Of a DNA stretch of 64,000 bases, positions 48,530-58,784 are shown piece by piece (position 1 is the first letter of the stretch; each line of letters begins with the position of its first letter). A program made the position numbers and the translations under genes. This DNA comes from Candidatus Xenobia bacterium (lineage in GTDB: Bacteria; Vulcanimicrobiota; Xenobia; Xenobiales; QWHO01), in assembly GCA_045863235.1 (NCBI GenBank), contig BTUM01000026.1, positions 1 to 64,000 on the forward strand. The letters run 5' to 3'. The notes beneath the pieces were generated by a model. The model did not search any database. It saw only the letters and a program-made list of their open reading frames with translations, and had not been told where the DNA came from.

Positions 48530-50263
48530 TTAAGGCGAGGGCGCTCCGGGAGTGGCAGCGGGCGGCTCGTCGTGTTGGGTGGTGTAGCGACCGGCCTGGT
48601 AACCGGCCACCAGCACCAGCAACAGGAGAATCAGCAGCAAGAGCGTGCGCCGCAGTGGCCTGGGAGCCTCGTCCTCGTCCGGCTCGGGCGCCGACTGAGC
48701 CGGCGCCCGAAACGAAGCCGGCGGGCGCGGCCCTTTCGACGGTTGCTGCTTCCCGGACGACGGCTTCTCGGAGCCCGCAGGCCGGGGTTTCTCGGGGCCC
48801 GAGACAGCAGGCTGTGGCCCCGACGACGGTTTCTCGGGGCCCGAGGCCGCAGGCTGTGGCCCCGACGACCGGGGTTTCTCGGGTCCCGAGACCGCAGGTC
48901 GCTCCGACGACGAGGGAGTCGGCCGTTTCTCCGACTCAGGCGCCTGAGCCGGCTTCTCCGGCCGAACCGGAGGTGGACTCTCCTCGTCCTCGGTGTTGGG
49001 CAGAGGCACGCCACCCAGCACCTCCTCATCCGGTCCCGCGGGAGCGGCCGCCGCAGGCGTCTGCTTCAGAGCGATAGGCACGGGGATCTCGTCTGAGCTC
49101 GAGACGGGCATGGCCGGCACGGGACGTGAGCGGGGGAAGGAGGCGCCCGAAAGCCGGGGTGGCACCACCTGGTGGCGCACTCCCTCGCTACGCTTGGGAA
49201 AGACAGGAGGCCGAGGACGGGGAACCCAGCGGGGGGGACCCTCGGCCGGGGACCGCCCCTCGGCCGGCGGCGAAGGAGTAAACGGCCGAACCGGCGCCAC
49301 CGGCATGGGCGCAGCCGGAGCCAGCGGGGGCAACCCCCCCCAGGGAACCGGCTCGGCCGGCTCGGACTCCGGCACCGGCTCGCTGGCGACCGTCGTTACG
49401 GGGACCGGCTCGACCAGCTCGACCACGGACAGGGCCGTCGGAAGGAAGGTTCCCTTGCGCTCCAGCCAGGACTGCAGGGCCTCGCCCATTTCGCGAGCGC
49501 TCTGAAAGCGCTTTTCGGGCAGAAAGGCGCAGGCCCGGTCGACCAGCGAGGCCAGCTCCTCCTCGGCCTCGGGATAAAGGTCGTGCAAGGGCGGAATTCC
49601 CAGCGGGACGGGCGGCTCGCCCGAAAGCAGCTGACTCAGGGTAGCGCCCAGCGAATAAAGGTCTGAGCGAGCGTCGGCCCGGCCCTGGGTCAACTCCAGG
49701 GGAGAGTAGCCCCCGGCGGCCTGAGCTGTCATGGGGGGGCGGGGACCGGGCCGGGCCAGCCCGTAGCCCACCAGCCGCACCGAGCCGGTGCTCGCATCGC
49801 GGATCAGGTTGGCCGGCTTGATGTCCCCGTGCAGGATCGGAGGCTCGAGCCCGTGCATCTCGTCGAGCACCTCGAGCACGTCCAGGATCTGGTAGATCAG
49901 CTCCTCGGCCGGCATGGGCTGCCCGCTGGCAGCCACACACTCGGCCAGCTCCTGCTCCAGCGTCACGCCCTCCACGAAGTCGGTCACGATATAGGCGAGC
50001 CCGTTGAGGTAGTGAAAGTCGCGCAGGCGAGCCAGGCTGGGATGCTGCACTCGGGTCAGGAGCTTCTTCTCCTCCTCGAACCAGGCCAGAATCTCCATGA
50101 GCTCGCTGGAGGGAAGCTCGGGCACGGAGCATTCGCGCAAAACGCACTGCGACCCGCCCAGCCGACAGTCCTCGGCCAGGTAGGTCGAACCGCTCTTTCT
50201 CGAGTGCAGGGGTCGGAGGATTCGATAACGGTCCCCCACCACCACCCCTGGCTGCAGTGCCAC
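48530..50263 (-). CDS. Ser/Thr kinase-like protein (probable pseudokinase) with Pro-rich linker and C-terminal TM
   Basis: DRYRIL, HPSL, HGDIKPANL, SDLYSLGATL, PEKRFQSA; Gly loop, VAIK Lys and DFG Asp are substituted. Confidence 0.85.
   Translation of the reverse strand: MALQPGVVVGDRYRILRPLHSRKSGSTYLAEDCRLGGSQCVLRECSVPELPSSELMEILAWFEEEKKLLTRVQHPSLARLRDFHYLNGLAYIVTDFVEGVTLEQELAECVAASGQPMPAEELIYQILDVLEVLDEMHGLEPPILHGDIKPANLIRDASTGSVRLVGYGLARPGPRPPMTAQAAGGYSPLELTQGRADARSDLYSLGATLSQLLSGEPPVPLGIPPLHDLYPEAEEELASLVDRACAFLPEKRFQSAREMGEALQSWLERKGTFLPTALSVVELVEPVPVTTVASEPVPESEPAEPVPWGGLPPLAPAAPMPVAPVRPFTPSPPAEGRSPAEGPPRWVPRPRPPVFPKRSEGVRHQVVPPRLSGASFPRSRPVPAMPVSSSDEIPVPIALKQTPAAAAPAGPDEEVLGGVPLPNTEDEESPPPVRPEKPAQAPESEKRPTPSSSERPAVSGPEKPRSSGPQPAASGPEKPSSGPQPAVSGPEKPRPAGSEKPSSGKQQPSKGPRPPASFRAPAQSAPEPDEDEAPRPLRRTLLLLILLLLVLVAGYQAGRYTTQHDEPPAATPGAPSP
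48760..48915 (-). repeat. about 42-45-bp coding tandem repeats (SGPEKP-SSGPQPA)
   Basis: tttctcgg(g/g)gcccgag...gcaggctgtggccccgacgac units recur about three times. Confidence 0.75.
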
Positions 50264-50301
50264 AGCTCTCGTGTTCTGCGCCTGCGGGAGGAGGCCCTCC
50301 G

Positions 50302-50685
50302 TTACCAGATGCCGAGGTAGGCTTTGGCTTCCTCGCTGGCGTGCACGCTCGGGTCCCAGCGGGGCTTCCAGACCAGCTTGACGTCGCATTCCTGAACGCC
50401 GGTCAAGCGCTTGACCGTCATCCAGACGGCGCTGGTGATCTCAGGGCCCATCGGGCAGCCCGGACTGGTGAGCGTCATGTTGACGTCGACCGTCTTGTCG
50501 CTCTTGGGCAGAATCTGGTAGATCAGGCCAAGGTCGACGATGTTGATCCCGATCTCGGGGTCGATCACCTCCTTGAGGGCCTCCCGGATCTCGGCCGCGG
50601 GGGGCAATCCCTCCACGGTCGGCCCGTCGTCCAGCGGAACCACCGTCGTCGAGGTGGTGGTCGTCTCGGTCTCCTGCTCACTCAT
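50302..50685 (-). CDS. sufT: DUF59 Fe-S assembly factor
   Basis: VIDPEIGINIVDLGLIY, MTLTSPGCP, VWKPRW. Confidence 0.9.
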   Translation of the reverse strand: MSEQETETTTTSTTVVPLDDGPTVEGLPPAAEIREALKEVIDPEIGINIVDLGLIYQILPKSDKTVDVNMTLTSPGCPMGPEITSAVWMTVKRLTGVQECDVKLVWKPRWDPSVHASEEAKAYLGIW

Positions 50686-51113
50686 CGCGCTTCCTCCAGA
50701 GCCCCCAGCATGGTATTCCAGGCCAGTAAGGCACACTTGACGCGCACCGGGTACTGGCGCACGCCATCCAAGGCTTCCAACTCGCCCAGCTGCTCGGGGC
50801 AAGGGTCGGTATCGTTGCGGTTCAGCATCCGCTTCTTGAAGGTGTCGGCCAGCTCGCGCACCTCGGCCAGGGTCTTGCCCTCGATGAGCGAGGTGAGCAT
50901 GGAGGCCGAGGCCAGGCTGATGGAGCAACCCACCCCCTCGAAGGCGGCCTTGACCACCCGATCGTCCTGGACGTCAAGCTCCACCGTCACAGCGTCTCCA
51001 CAGGTCGGGTTGACCCCCTCCTGGCGAAAGGTGGGGGTCTCGAGCTTGCCCTTGCAGCGGGGATGGGCGTAGTGCTCGAGGATGATCTCACGATACAGGT
51101 CGTCTGAGATCAA
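50682..51113 (-). CDS. sufU: SUF system NifU-family sulfur-transfer/scaffold protein
   Basis: LYREIILEHY, NPTCGD, GCSISLASAS, PVRVKCALLAW. Confidence 0.95.
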   Translation of the reverse strand: MISDDLYREIILEHYAHPRCKGKLETPTFRQEGVNPTCGDAVTVELDVQDDRVVKAAFEGVGCSISLASASMLTSLIEGKTLAEVRELADTFKKRMLNRNDTDPCPEQLGELEALDGVRQYPVRVKCALLAWNTMLGALEEAR

Positions 51114-52336
51114 AAGAGCACCCCCTTGAACACCTGAGAAGCCTTCTCCAGCGCCACGGCCAGCCGGTCAATGTCAGAGCGGGTATTGTAGAGCGAGAGG
51201 CTGGCCCGGGCGGTGCCGCTCATGCCGATGCGGCGCATCAGAGGTTGGCAGCAGTGGTGACCGGCCCGAATGCAGATGTTCTCGCGGTCGAGCAAGGTGG
51301 CCAGGTCGTGGGGGTGAATGCCCCGATAGGCAAAACTCATGGCTCCACTGTGCTGCTCCAGGGGGGGGGCAAGCAGCTCGAAGCCTTCCAGGGCGCCCAG
51401 GCGCTCGCGGGCGTAGGTTAGCAGGTCGAGCTCGTGCGCCCGCACGTTGGCCATGCCGACTTCGAGCAGGTACTCGGCCGCCGCCCCCATGCCCAGCACG
51501 CCCGCGATATTCGGGGTCCCAGCCTCGAACTTGAAGGGAAGGTCGTTGAAGGTGCAGCGCTCGCGCCACACCTCGCGGATCATGTCGCCCCCGAAACGGA
51601 AGGGCGGCATGGCTTCGAGCAGCTCGCGCCGGCTCCACAGCATGCCGGTGCCAGTGGGACCCAGCATCTTGTGGCCCGAGAAGGCCATGAAGTCACAGCC
51701 CAGCTCCTCCACTGCGCAGGGCAAATGGGGCACGCCCTGGGCCGCATCCAACAGCACGGTGGCGCCGGCCGCCCGGGCCCGACGACAGATTTCCTGCACC
51801 GGGCTGATGCTGCCGAACACGTTGGAGACCCAGGTGAAGGCCACCAGGCGCGCTCCCTCCAGCAACTCGTCCAGGTTGTCCAGCTCCAGGGTGCCATCCG
51901 GTCGGGGCTCGATCCAGCGCAACTGGGCCTGCTGGCGGGCGGCCAGGTTCTGCCAGGGCACCAGGTTCGAGTGGTGCTCGAGGCCTGTCAGCACGATGGG
52001 ATCGCCAGGCAGAATGTTCTGCTCGCCCCAGGTATAGGCCACCAGGTTGATGGCGTCAGTGGTGCCCGAGGTCCAGATGCAGCAATCGGGGTCGCTGGCG
52101 CCGATCAAGCGGGCCACCGAGTGGCGGGCCAGCTCGTAGCGTCGGGTGGCCTCCTCGGACATGCGGTACAAGCCGCGATGGATGTTGGCGCAGCACTCCT
52201 CGTAATAGGAGCGCTCGGCTTCCAACACCGAGCGTGGCTTGAGCGAGGTGGCGGCGCTGTCAAGATAGACCAGCTCGGGCTGGTTTCCCAACAGCGGGAA
52301 GTCGGACCGCCGGGACAGCTCCACCTTGACGCTCAC
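51110..52336 (-). CDS. sufS: cysteine desulfurase
   Basis: YLDSAATS, EHHSNLVPW, FSGHKMLGPTG, FEAGTP, RAGHHC. Confidence 0.96.
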   Translation of the reverse strand: MSVKVELSRRSDFPLLGNQPELVYLDSAATSLKPRSVLEAERSYYEECCANIHRGLYRMSEEATRRYELARHSVARLIGASDPDCCIWTSGTTDAINLVAYTWGEQNILPGDPIVLTGLEHHSNLVPWQNLAARQQAQLRWIEPRPDGTLELDNLDELLEGARLVAFTWVSNVFGSISPVQEICRRARAAGATVLLDAAQGVPHLPCAVEELGCDFMAFSGHKMLGPTGTGMLWSRRELLEAMPPFRFGGDMIREVWRERCTFNDLPFKFEAGTPNIAGVLGMGAAAEYLLEVGMANVRAHELDLLTYARERLGALEGFELLAPPLEQHSGAMSFAYRGIHPHDLATLLDRENICIRAGHHCCQPLMRRIGMSGTARASLSLYNTRSDIDRLAVALEKASQVFKGVLF

Positions 52337-52337
52337 G

Positions 52338-52643
52338 TCAATCGACCTCCACCTTGAGCTGCCCCTGGACCTCCTCCACCGGATAGGTGGAGATGCTCAC
52401 CACGGCCGGCATGCAGAGCGGCTTGCCGGTGCGCACGTCAAAGCGCGCGCCGTGGCGGGGGCACTCGATCTCGCATCCCTCCAGGCTCCCCCCCGAGAGG
52501 GGTCCGTCGTCGTGCGAGCAGCGATTCTCCACCGCGTAGTAGCGGCCTTCCACCCGGCAGATGACCACCTGCTCGTAGGGAGTGTCCACCACCCTCAGCT
52601 GCCCATCCTGAAGATCGGCCGCGCCGGCCGGATAGCTGGCCAT
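52338..52643 (-). CDS. Rieske-type ferredoxin
   Basis: CSH...CPRHGARFD. Confidence 0.93.
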   Translation of the reverse strand: MASYPAGAADLQDGQLRVVDTPYEQVVICRVEGRYYAVENRCSHDDGPLSGGSLEGCEIECPRHGARFDVRTGKPLCMPAVVSISTYPVEEVQGQLKVEVD

Positions 52644-53812
52644 CAGCCCAGTGCCTGCGCCAGCACCTTCTCCATCTGCTCATTGAGCCAGCCCACCAGC
52701 TCCTCGTGCTCGAGCCGGCCATAGACTTCCTGGTAGAAGCCGGTGACCAGCAGGTGCTCGGCCTGCGTCTTGGTGAGTCCACGCGAGCGCAGGTAGAATT
52801 GCTGGTTAGGATCATAGGTGGCGAAGGTGGCGCCGTGGGTGCAGCGCACGTCGTTGGCGCTGATCTCGAGCTTGGGCATCGCGTCGGCGCGGGCCTTGTC
52901 GGAGAGCAGCAGGTTGCGGTTGCGCTGGTAAGCGTCGGTCTTCTGGGCCCCGTGAGCCACGGCGATGTTGCCCGCAAAGACCGAGCGAGCCCGACCGGTG
53001 AGGGCGACATGGAACAGCACGTCCGAGGTGGTGTGGGCCACGTTGTGATAGTGCAACGCGTCCGTGTCCAGGTGCTGGCGGCCCTGACCGAAGATCAGGC
53101 CCAGCATCTCGGACTTGCAGCCCTCGCCGTCCAGGTCGCCTTCCATGAAGTTCTTGCCCATCTGGCCACCCACGCCGACGAACAGGACCCGCAGGTGGGA
53201 GTCCTTGTCCAGGCGAGCGCGCAGGATGGGCAGGTAGCGTGTGTTGGCGCCCCAGTTATGGTACACCACGTAGTCCAGCCTGGCCCCCGCCTCCAGGAAG
53301 AGCTCGGTGACCGGGATGACCAGCGTGTCTTGATCCGAGGAGGTATAGCTCTCCACCACGATGCCCCGAGAGAAGCGACCGGCCCGGATCAGGCTGCGCG
53401 GAAAGGCCGCCCCGCCCCTGGGAACCTGATGCTCGAAGTGGAGCGGGCTCTGCAGCACTTGCTCTTTGCCCAGTTGCACGAAGGCTCCGTTGGACCAGAA
53501 GGCCTCGTTGAGCTTGGTGAAGACGTTGCGAGGAGCCAGCTGGCCCAGCTCGGCCTGCACCGGAGCGCTCCTCAAATCTCCGTGCAGCACGCCTTCGGGC
53601 AAGGCCGCGGTGCCCAGCAAGCTGGAGCTGGTGATCACCTCCGACCAGGACAACTGGCCGGGATGGAACTTCTCGGGGGGGGTGCGCCGCCAGGCCTCAT
53701 CCTTCGAGCTGGGGAAGGGCAGCTCGAGGGCTTCCTGGTAGGCTTTCTTGCGCTCGGGAGAGGCGTCCTCACCCGGCTTGAGCGCGATGGATTCAAGAAC
53801 TGCGGTAGCCAT
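52643..53812 (-). CDS. sufD: Fe-S assembly protein SufD
   Basis: EAWRRT, AQKTDAYQRNRNLLLS, PKLEISANDVRCTHGAT, FYLRSRG. Confidence 0.95.
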   Translation of the reverse strand: MATAVLESIALKPGEDASPERKKAYQEALELPFPSSKDEAWRRTPPEKFHPGQLSWSEVITSSSLLGTAALPEGVLHGDLRSAPVQAELGQLAPRNVFTKLNEAFWSNGAFVQLGKEQVLQSPLHFEHQVPRGGAAFPRSLIRAGRFSRGIVVESYTSSDQDTLVIPVTELFLEAGARLDYVVYHNWGANTRYLPILRARLDKDSHLRVLFVGVGGQMGKNFMEGDLDGEGCKSEMLGLIFGQGRQHLDTDALHYHNVAHTTSDVLFHVALTGRARSVFAGNIAVAHGAQKTDAYQRNRNLLLSDKARADAMPKLEISANDVRCTHGATFATYDPNQQFYLRSRGLTKTQAEHLLVTGFYQEVYGRLEHEELVGWLNEQMEKVLAQALG

Positions 53813-55221
53813 CAGCCGATCGAGCCCTCCATTTCCAACTGGATCAGCCGGTTGAGCTCGACCGCGTATTCCAGAGGCAGCTCCTTGATGAACGGCTCGA
53901 AAAACCCGTTCACGATCATGGCGATGGCGTCGTTCTCGGACAGGCCGCGGCTCATCAGGTAGAAGAGTTGCTCGTCGCCCACCTTGCTGACCGTCGCCTC
54001 GTGGCCGATCTGCACGTCTTTGTTGTCGATCTCCATGTAGGGATAGGTGTCCGAGCGCGACTCCTCATCGAGCAAGAGCGCGTCGCAGCGCACGTTGCAC
54101 TTGATGTCGTGGGCGCCGGGGTAGACCTTGACCAGCCCGCGGTAGGAAGTGCGCCCCCCGTCCTTGGAGATGGATTTGCTGAGCACGGTGGAGGCCGTGT
54201 TGGGAGCCACGTGCACCATCTTGGCGCCGGCGTCCTGATGCTGGCCTTTGCCGGCGTAGGCGATGGACAGCACCTCTCCGCGCGCCCCCTCCTCCATCAG
54301 GTAGACGGCCGGGTACTTCATGGTCAGCTTGGACCCGAGGTTGCCGTCCACCCACTCGACGGTTGCGTTCTTGAAGGCCTGGGCCCGCTTGGTGACCAGG
54401 TTGTAGACATTGTTGGACCAGTTTTGAATGGTCGTGTAGCGGATGGTGGAGCCTTCCATGGCGATCAGCTCGACCACCGCCGAGTGCAGCGAGTCGGTCG
54501 AGTAGATCGGGGCCGTGCACCCTTCGATGTAGTGCACGTAGGAGCCCGGCTCGGTGATGATCAGAGTGCGCTCGAACTGGCCCATGTTCTGGGCGTTGAT
54601 GCGGAAATAAGCCTGCAGCGGGATCTCCACCCGGACGCCTTTGGGCACCAGGATGAAGGAGCCGCCGCTCCACACGGCCGTGTTGAGGGCAGAAAACTTG
54701 TTGTCCTCGGTAGGGATGACGGTGCCGAAGTACTTCCTGACGATGTCGGGATACTCGCGCAGGGCCGAGTCCATGTCCAGGAAGATGACGCCCTCTTTCT
54801 CGAGGTCCTCGCGGATCGAGTGATAGACGACCTCGGACTCGTACTGGGCGCTCACTCCGGCCAGGAACTTGCGCTCGGCCTCGGGGATGCCCAGCTTGTC
54901 GAAGGTATTCTTGATGTACTCGGGGACGTCGTCCCAGTTCTTCTCGCTCTTCTCGGAGGGGCGCACGTAGTAGTGGATGTTCTCGAAGTCGATCTCCTTG
55001 AGCTCTCCGCCCCATTCGGGCAGGGGCTTGGAGTGGAACACCTCCAGGGCGTGCAGGCGGATGTCCAGCATCCACTGGGGCTCTCCCTTCATGCGAGACA
55101 TCTCTAAGACCAGCTCGCGGGTGAGGCCCTTGCCTGACTTGAAGACGTAATCCTCAGCGTCGTGGAAACCGTACTTGTATTCGTTGCCAATCTCCTGGAG
55201 GGTGGCGGCGTCGGAACTCAT
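53812..55221 (-). CDS. sufB: Fe-S assembly protein SufB
   Basis: [48 protein letters not shown]. Confidence 0.98.
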   Translation of the reverse strand: MSSDAATLQEIGNEYKYGFHDAEDYVFKSGKGLTRELVLEMSRMKGEPQWMLDIRLHALEVFHSKPLPEWGGELKEIDFENIHYYVRPSEKSEKNWDDVPEYIKNTFDKLGIPEAERKFLAGVSAQYESEVVYHSIREDLEKEGVIFLDMDSALREYPDIVRKYFGTVIPTEDNKFSALNTAVWSGGSFILVPKGVRVEIPLQAYFRINAQNMGQFERTLIITEPGSYVHYIEGCTAPIYSTDSLHSAVVELIAMEGSTIRYTTIQNWSNNVYNLVTKRAQAFKNATVEWVDGNLGSKLTMKYPAVYLMEEGARGEVLSIAYAGKGQHQDAGAKMVHVAPNTASTVLSKSISKDGGRTSYRGLVKVYPGAHDIKCNVRCDALLLDEESRSDTYPYMEIDNKDVQIGHEATVSKVGDEQLFYLMSRGLSENDAIAMIVNGFFEPFIKELPLEYAVELNRLIQLEMEGSIG

Positions 55222-55233
55222 AGCTTCTCCTCC

Positions 55234-56004
55234 TTATGCGCCGGCCGGCACGGCGTGGGCTTGCAGCAGCTCGTCATAGCCGCGCTCCTCCAGCGTCAGA
55301 GCCAGCTCGGGACCACCACTCTGGACCAGCTTGCCGTTGACCAGGACGTGCACGAAGTGCGGCTTGATGTGGTTGAGCAGCCGCTGGTAGTGGGTGATCA
55401 CCAGCACGCCCATCTCCGGGTTGATCAACTGGTTGACCCCGTCGGCCACGATGCGAAGAGCGTCGATGTCGAGCCCGGAGTCGGTCTCGTCGAGCAGGGA
55501 CAGCTTGGGGTTGAGCAGCGCCATCTGCAAGATCTCACAGCGCTTTTTCTCGCCCCCCGAGAAGCCCTCGTTGACGTAACGCTTGGCGAAGTCCTGATTG
55601 ATGCCCAGCTCCTTCATGCGGCTCAGCAGCTCCTTGCGGAACTCGAGCGGCTTGACGTTCTCGGCCCCCCGGATGGCCTTCAAGGAGGCCTGCAGGAAGT
55701 TGGCCAGAGTCACACCGGGAATCGAGGTGGGGTATTGGAAGGCCAGGAAGATGCCCAGCTTGGCCCGCTCGTCGGCCTCGAGCTCGCCGAGCTCCTCTCC
55801 TTCAAACAAGATGCGACCCTTCGTCACCTCGTAGTTGGGGTGGCCCATGATGGTGTTGGACAGGGTGGACTTGCCCGATCCATTGGGGCCCATCAGGGCG
55901 TGAATCTCGCCTTTCCTCACGGTCAGGTTGACTCCGCGAAGAATCTCCTTCCCCTCCACTTCCACATGCAGATCTTCAATCTGCAGCAACGGCGCGTCGG
56001 CCAT
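55234..56004 (-). CDS. sufC: Fe-S assembly ATPase SufC
   Basis: [49 protein letters not shown]. Confidence 0.98.
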   Translation of the reverse strand: MADAPLLQIEDLHVEVEGKEILRGVNLTVRKGEIHALMGPNGSGKSTLSNTIMGHPNYEVTKGRILFEGEELGELEADERAKLGIFLAFQYPTSIPGVTLANFLQASLKAIRGAENVKPLEFRKELLSRMKELGINQDFAKRYVNEGFSGGEKKRCEILQMALLNPKLSLLDETDSGLDIDALRIVADGVNQLINPEMGVLVITHYQRLLNHIKPHFVHVLVNGKLVQSGGPELALTLEERGYDELLQAHAVPAGA

Positions 56005-56007
56005 AGG

Positions 56008-56451
56008 TCACCTCTCCAGTCGAATGCTGACCAGTACTGGATGCGACCCCGCCAGGTCTTCCAGCGTGGTGCCATCGAGCACGGTCAGCAGAGTATTCTC
56101 AAGTTGATGGCAGAGCCTCCGGCTAAGGCACTGCGAGGCGGTGCGGCAGTCGCTCGAGCGATGCTCGGGCTGGCTGCAGAGCACCGGCTCGAGCTCGCCC
56201 TCGACCGCGCGCACGATGTCTCCCACCGTGATGCGGGCCGGTGGCTGCGCCAACCGATAGCCTCCCTTGGGACCCCGATTGGCCTCGACTAACCCCTTGC
56301 GCCGCAGCCGGTTCAGGATCTGCTCGAGGTAGCGGCGGGGGATGGCATTCTCTTCAGCCAGGACGGCCACGGTTTGAGCCGGCTGATCGAAGCGATGAGC
56401 CAGGGCGATGGCCGCCCTGAGCCCGTAGCTGCTTCTGGTCGACAGCTTCAT
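56008..56451 (-). CDS. Rrf2-family (IscR-like) regulator
   Basis: MKLSTRSSYGLRA, YLEQIL, RGPKGGYRLA, three Cys (C...C...C). Confidence 0.93.
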   Translation of the reverse strand: MKLSTRSSYGLRAAIALAHRFDQPAQTVAVLAEENAIPRRYLEQILNRLRRKGLVEANRGPKGGYRLAQPPARITVGDIVRAVEGELEPVLCSQPEHRSSDCRTASQCLSRRLCHQLENTLLTVLDGTTLEDLAGSHPVLVSIRLER

Positions 56452-56490
56452 CAAAGCCGTGGGTTCCCTCCACTTCTCAAGCTTGAGGGC

Positions 56491-56543
56491 ATTCTACGTA
56501 ATCTTGACCTCAACTGTCAATATTGACTGCAGCGGTCAAGATT
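56491..56543 (-). promoter_or_regulatory. suf operon promoter with two tandem TTGAC-N7-GTCAA operators
   Basis: Sites at 56504-56520 and 56523-56539; minus-strand TTGACA (56520-56515), 18 nt, TAGAAT (56496-56491). Confidence 0.8.
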
Positions 56544-56636
56544 CCTTTCTCCAGGGGACCTGGGGAGTCTAATCGATCGAAGCAGAACTGGCAAGGAGCG
56601 AGGTGGAGAAGCGCAAGCCTGACCCGGCCGAAGGAG

Positions 56637-58784
56637 TCAGCCCTTTCGGGCCGGTCCGACCGGGGGGCGGGCGCTGGCCACCTGATAGGCAACAAGCTTC
56701 TGCTCGTTGGCGCGGGCGGCCAGATCGCGGGCCACGGGATGGCTGACCTGGTGCCCGATGGCGCGGAAGGTGTCGCTGCAGACCAGAATCTCGAAGTTGT
56801 CGGTCTGGCCGATCAACCGCTGGACCAGAGAGACGGGCCGACCCACCACTGTGTATTCGAGCCGATCACGCGGGCCGAGCATGCCCTCGAGGGCCTCCCC
56901 GGAGGCGATGGCCATGCCCACGCCCAGCTCGGCGGAGGGGTCATCTTTGGCCAGCTTGGCGAACTCGTTCAAGCAATCGTTGGCGCAGGCCAGAGCCTGC
57001 GCCGGGTCGCAGGGGCTGTCTAATCCGAAGACGGCCAGCATGCGCTCGCCCATCACCTTGCTGAGGATTCCCTTGTGCTCGACGATGGCGGTGGCCATCG
57101 CCTCGAAGAAGCGGTTGGCCAGGGCGGCTGTCTCATCCGGCTCGTGAGAGGAGCCGTACTGACTGAGGTTGCGCAGCTCCACCATGAGCACCGACAAGAA
57201 CACCCGACCGGCGTTGCGCCGTTTGACGGGGGCCGAGCCTCCCCCGGCTCCGTGCAGCGCTTTGGCCCACTCGGAGCGGTCCACCCGGGCCAGCATGTCC
57301 AGGGCACGTTTCTCCAGGTCGGGCAGGCGCAGCTGGCGCCCAATCTGGATCGCCTCTTTGAACCGATTCACGGCCGAGTTCCGATTGCCGGCGTCCTCAA
57401 AGGCCTGGGCCAGCTCCATGGTGCACCAGACCGTGTAGAAGCCGGGCTCCTGCCCCAGCATGACCAGCGACTTCTCCAGTTGACGGCGGGCCGCGTCGGC
57501 CTGGCCTTCGTGCCGCAACACCACGCCCTCGAACATCTCGGCCAGCCCGATCTCGAAGGGCCGACCCAGCCGCTGGGCCGTTTCCTTGAGCTGCTCAAGA
57601 CACGAGCGAGACTGGGTGGTCTTGCCCTGCTCGATGAAGCACTGCACCTGCTGCAGCAGGGTCTGGCACAGGCCCACCTTGTCGTTGGCGTTGTGGAAGA
57701 GTTGCCCGGCGTCTTCCAGGCAGGCTTCCGAGCGCATGTAATTGCCCAGCAGGCGCTGGATGCGGCCCACATGCATGAGGCCGTAGGCGCGGCCGCGGGG
57801 GTCCTGGTTGTTGGTGGCCAGTTGCAGGCCCTGCTCGAAGAACTCGGCGGCTTTCTCATACTGTCCTTCGGCCAGCAAGATCTCGCCGATGCGGGCGCAG
57901 ACCTCGCTCTCCTCGCGGCCGAAACTGCCGGTGCCGCATTGCACTTTGGCTTCCTCGTAGTAGAGCAGCGCCTGGCGATAGTCGGTCAACCGATAGTGAA
58001 CCTGGCCGAGCAGCAGACCGGTGCTCAGGATGCCGTGGGGAGCCCCGCACTGCTGGTAGATCTCGAGCGCCTGACGCAGCTCCTGGGTCGACTCCTGGAG
58101 CTGCTTCTTGTGCATGTGCAGCTCACCCCGGCCCCGGTAGCAGCGCGCCTCGGCCAGCTTGAAGCCGATGTGCTTGCAGACCGTCTCGGCATTGGCGTAA
58201 GCTTTCAGGGCCTCTTCCCCCTTGCCCTCGCGGAAGAAGGCCATTCCCTGGCTGTTGTATAGCTCTGCCGTGATCACCAGGTCTTCGGTCTGGGCCGGCC
58301 CGGCTCGCAGGGCTTCAAACGACTTCAGATAAAGGTCGTGGGCTACCTTGATCTGGCCCATGAGGCAGAGAAAGTCGCCTCGCAGCAGCAGTCGGACCGC
58401 TTCCAGGCGGTGCACCAGACGCTGGTCGGGCAGATTGAGCTTGGGAATGCGGTCGAGCATGTTGGGGCCGCCCCGAAGGTCGCGCAGCTCGGCCTGCATG
58501 CGAACCTCCATGAAGCTGGCCACATGCTCGAGGTCGGGGAACCGTCCCCGGAAACGGGCTCGCAGATGCCCGAGCGTGTGGCTGGCGCCCTTCATGTTGT
58601 AGAGCTGCACCCGGCAAGCGGCCAGCCAGATCAGGGCCAGAGCCACGTCGCGATCACTCCCGCCCGGTTGGCCGACTCTCTTCTCGAACCAGCGCTGGGC
58701 GGTCTCAAGCGAACGCTTCTCCGGATCTTCTTGATCCAGCACATGTCCCATCAGAGCCAATATGGGTCGCTCGAGATCTGGCAT
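56637..58784 (-). CDS. TPR protein with C-terminal class III nucleotide cyclase-like domain (degenerate)
   Basis: Multiple TPRs; C-terminal VLMVELRNLS, KVMGERMLAVFG, GMAIASGE, EYTVVGRPVSLVQRL; AAGGAGG RBS. Confidence 0.85.
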   Translation of the reverse strand: MPDLERPILALMGHVLDQEDPEKRSLETAQRWFEKRVGQPGGSDRDVALALIWLAACRVQLYNMKGASHTLGHLRARFRGRFPDLEHVASFMEVRMQAELRDLRGGPNMLDRIPKLNLPDQRLVHRLEAVRLLLRGDFLCLMGQIKVAHDLYLKSFEALRAGPAQTEDLVITAELYNSQGMAFFREGKGEEALKAYANAETVCKHIGFKLAEARCYRGRGELHMHKKQLQESTQELRQALEIYQQCGAPHGILSTGLLLGQVHYRLTDYRQALLYYEEAKVQCGTGSFGREESEVCARIGEILLAEGQYEKAAEFFEQGLQLATNNQDPRGRAYGLMHVGRIQRLLGNYMRSEACLEDAGQLFHNANDKVGLCQTLLQQVQCFIEQGKTTQSRSCLEQLKETAQRLGRPFEIGLAEMFEGVVLRHEGQADAARRQLEKSLVMLGQEPGFYTVWCTMELAQAFEDAGNRNSAVNRFKEAIQIGRQLRLPDLEKRALDMLARVDRSEWAKALHGAGGGSAPVKRRNAGRVFLSVLMVELRNLSQYGSSHEPDETAALANRFFEAMATAIVEHKGILSKVMGERMLAVFGLDSPCDPAQALACANDCLNEFAKLAKDDPSAELGVGMAIASGEALEGMLGPRDRLEYTVVGRPVSLVQRLIGQTDNFEILVCSDTFRAIGHQVSHPVARDLAARANEQKLVAYQVASARPPVGPARKG

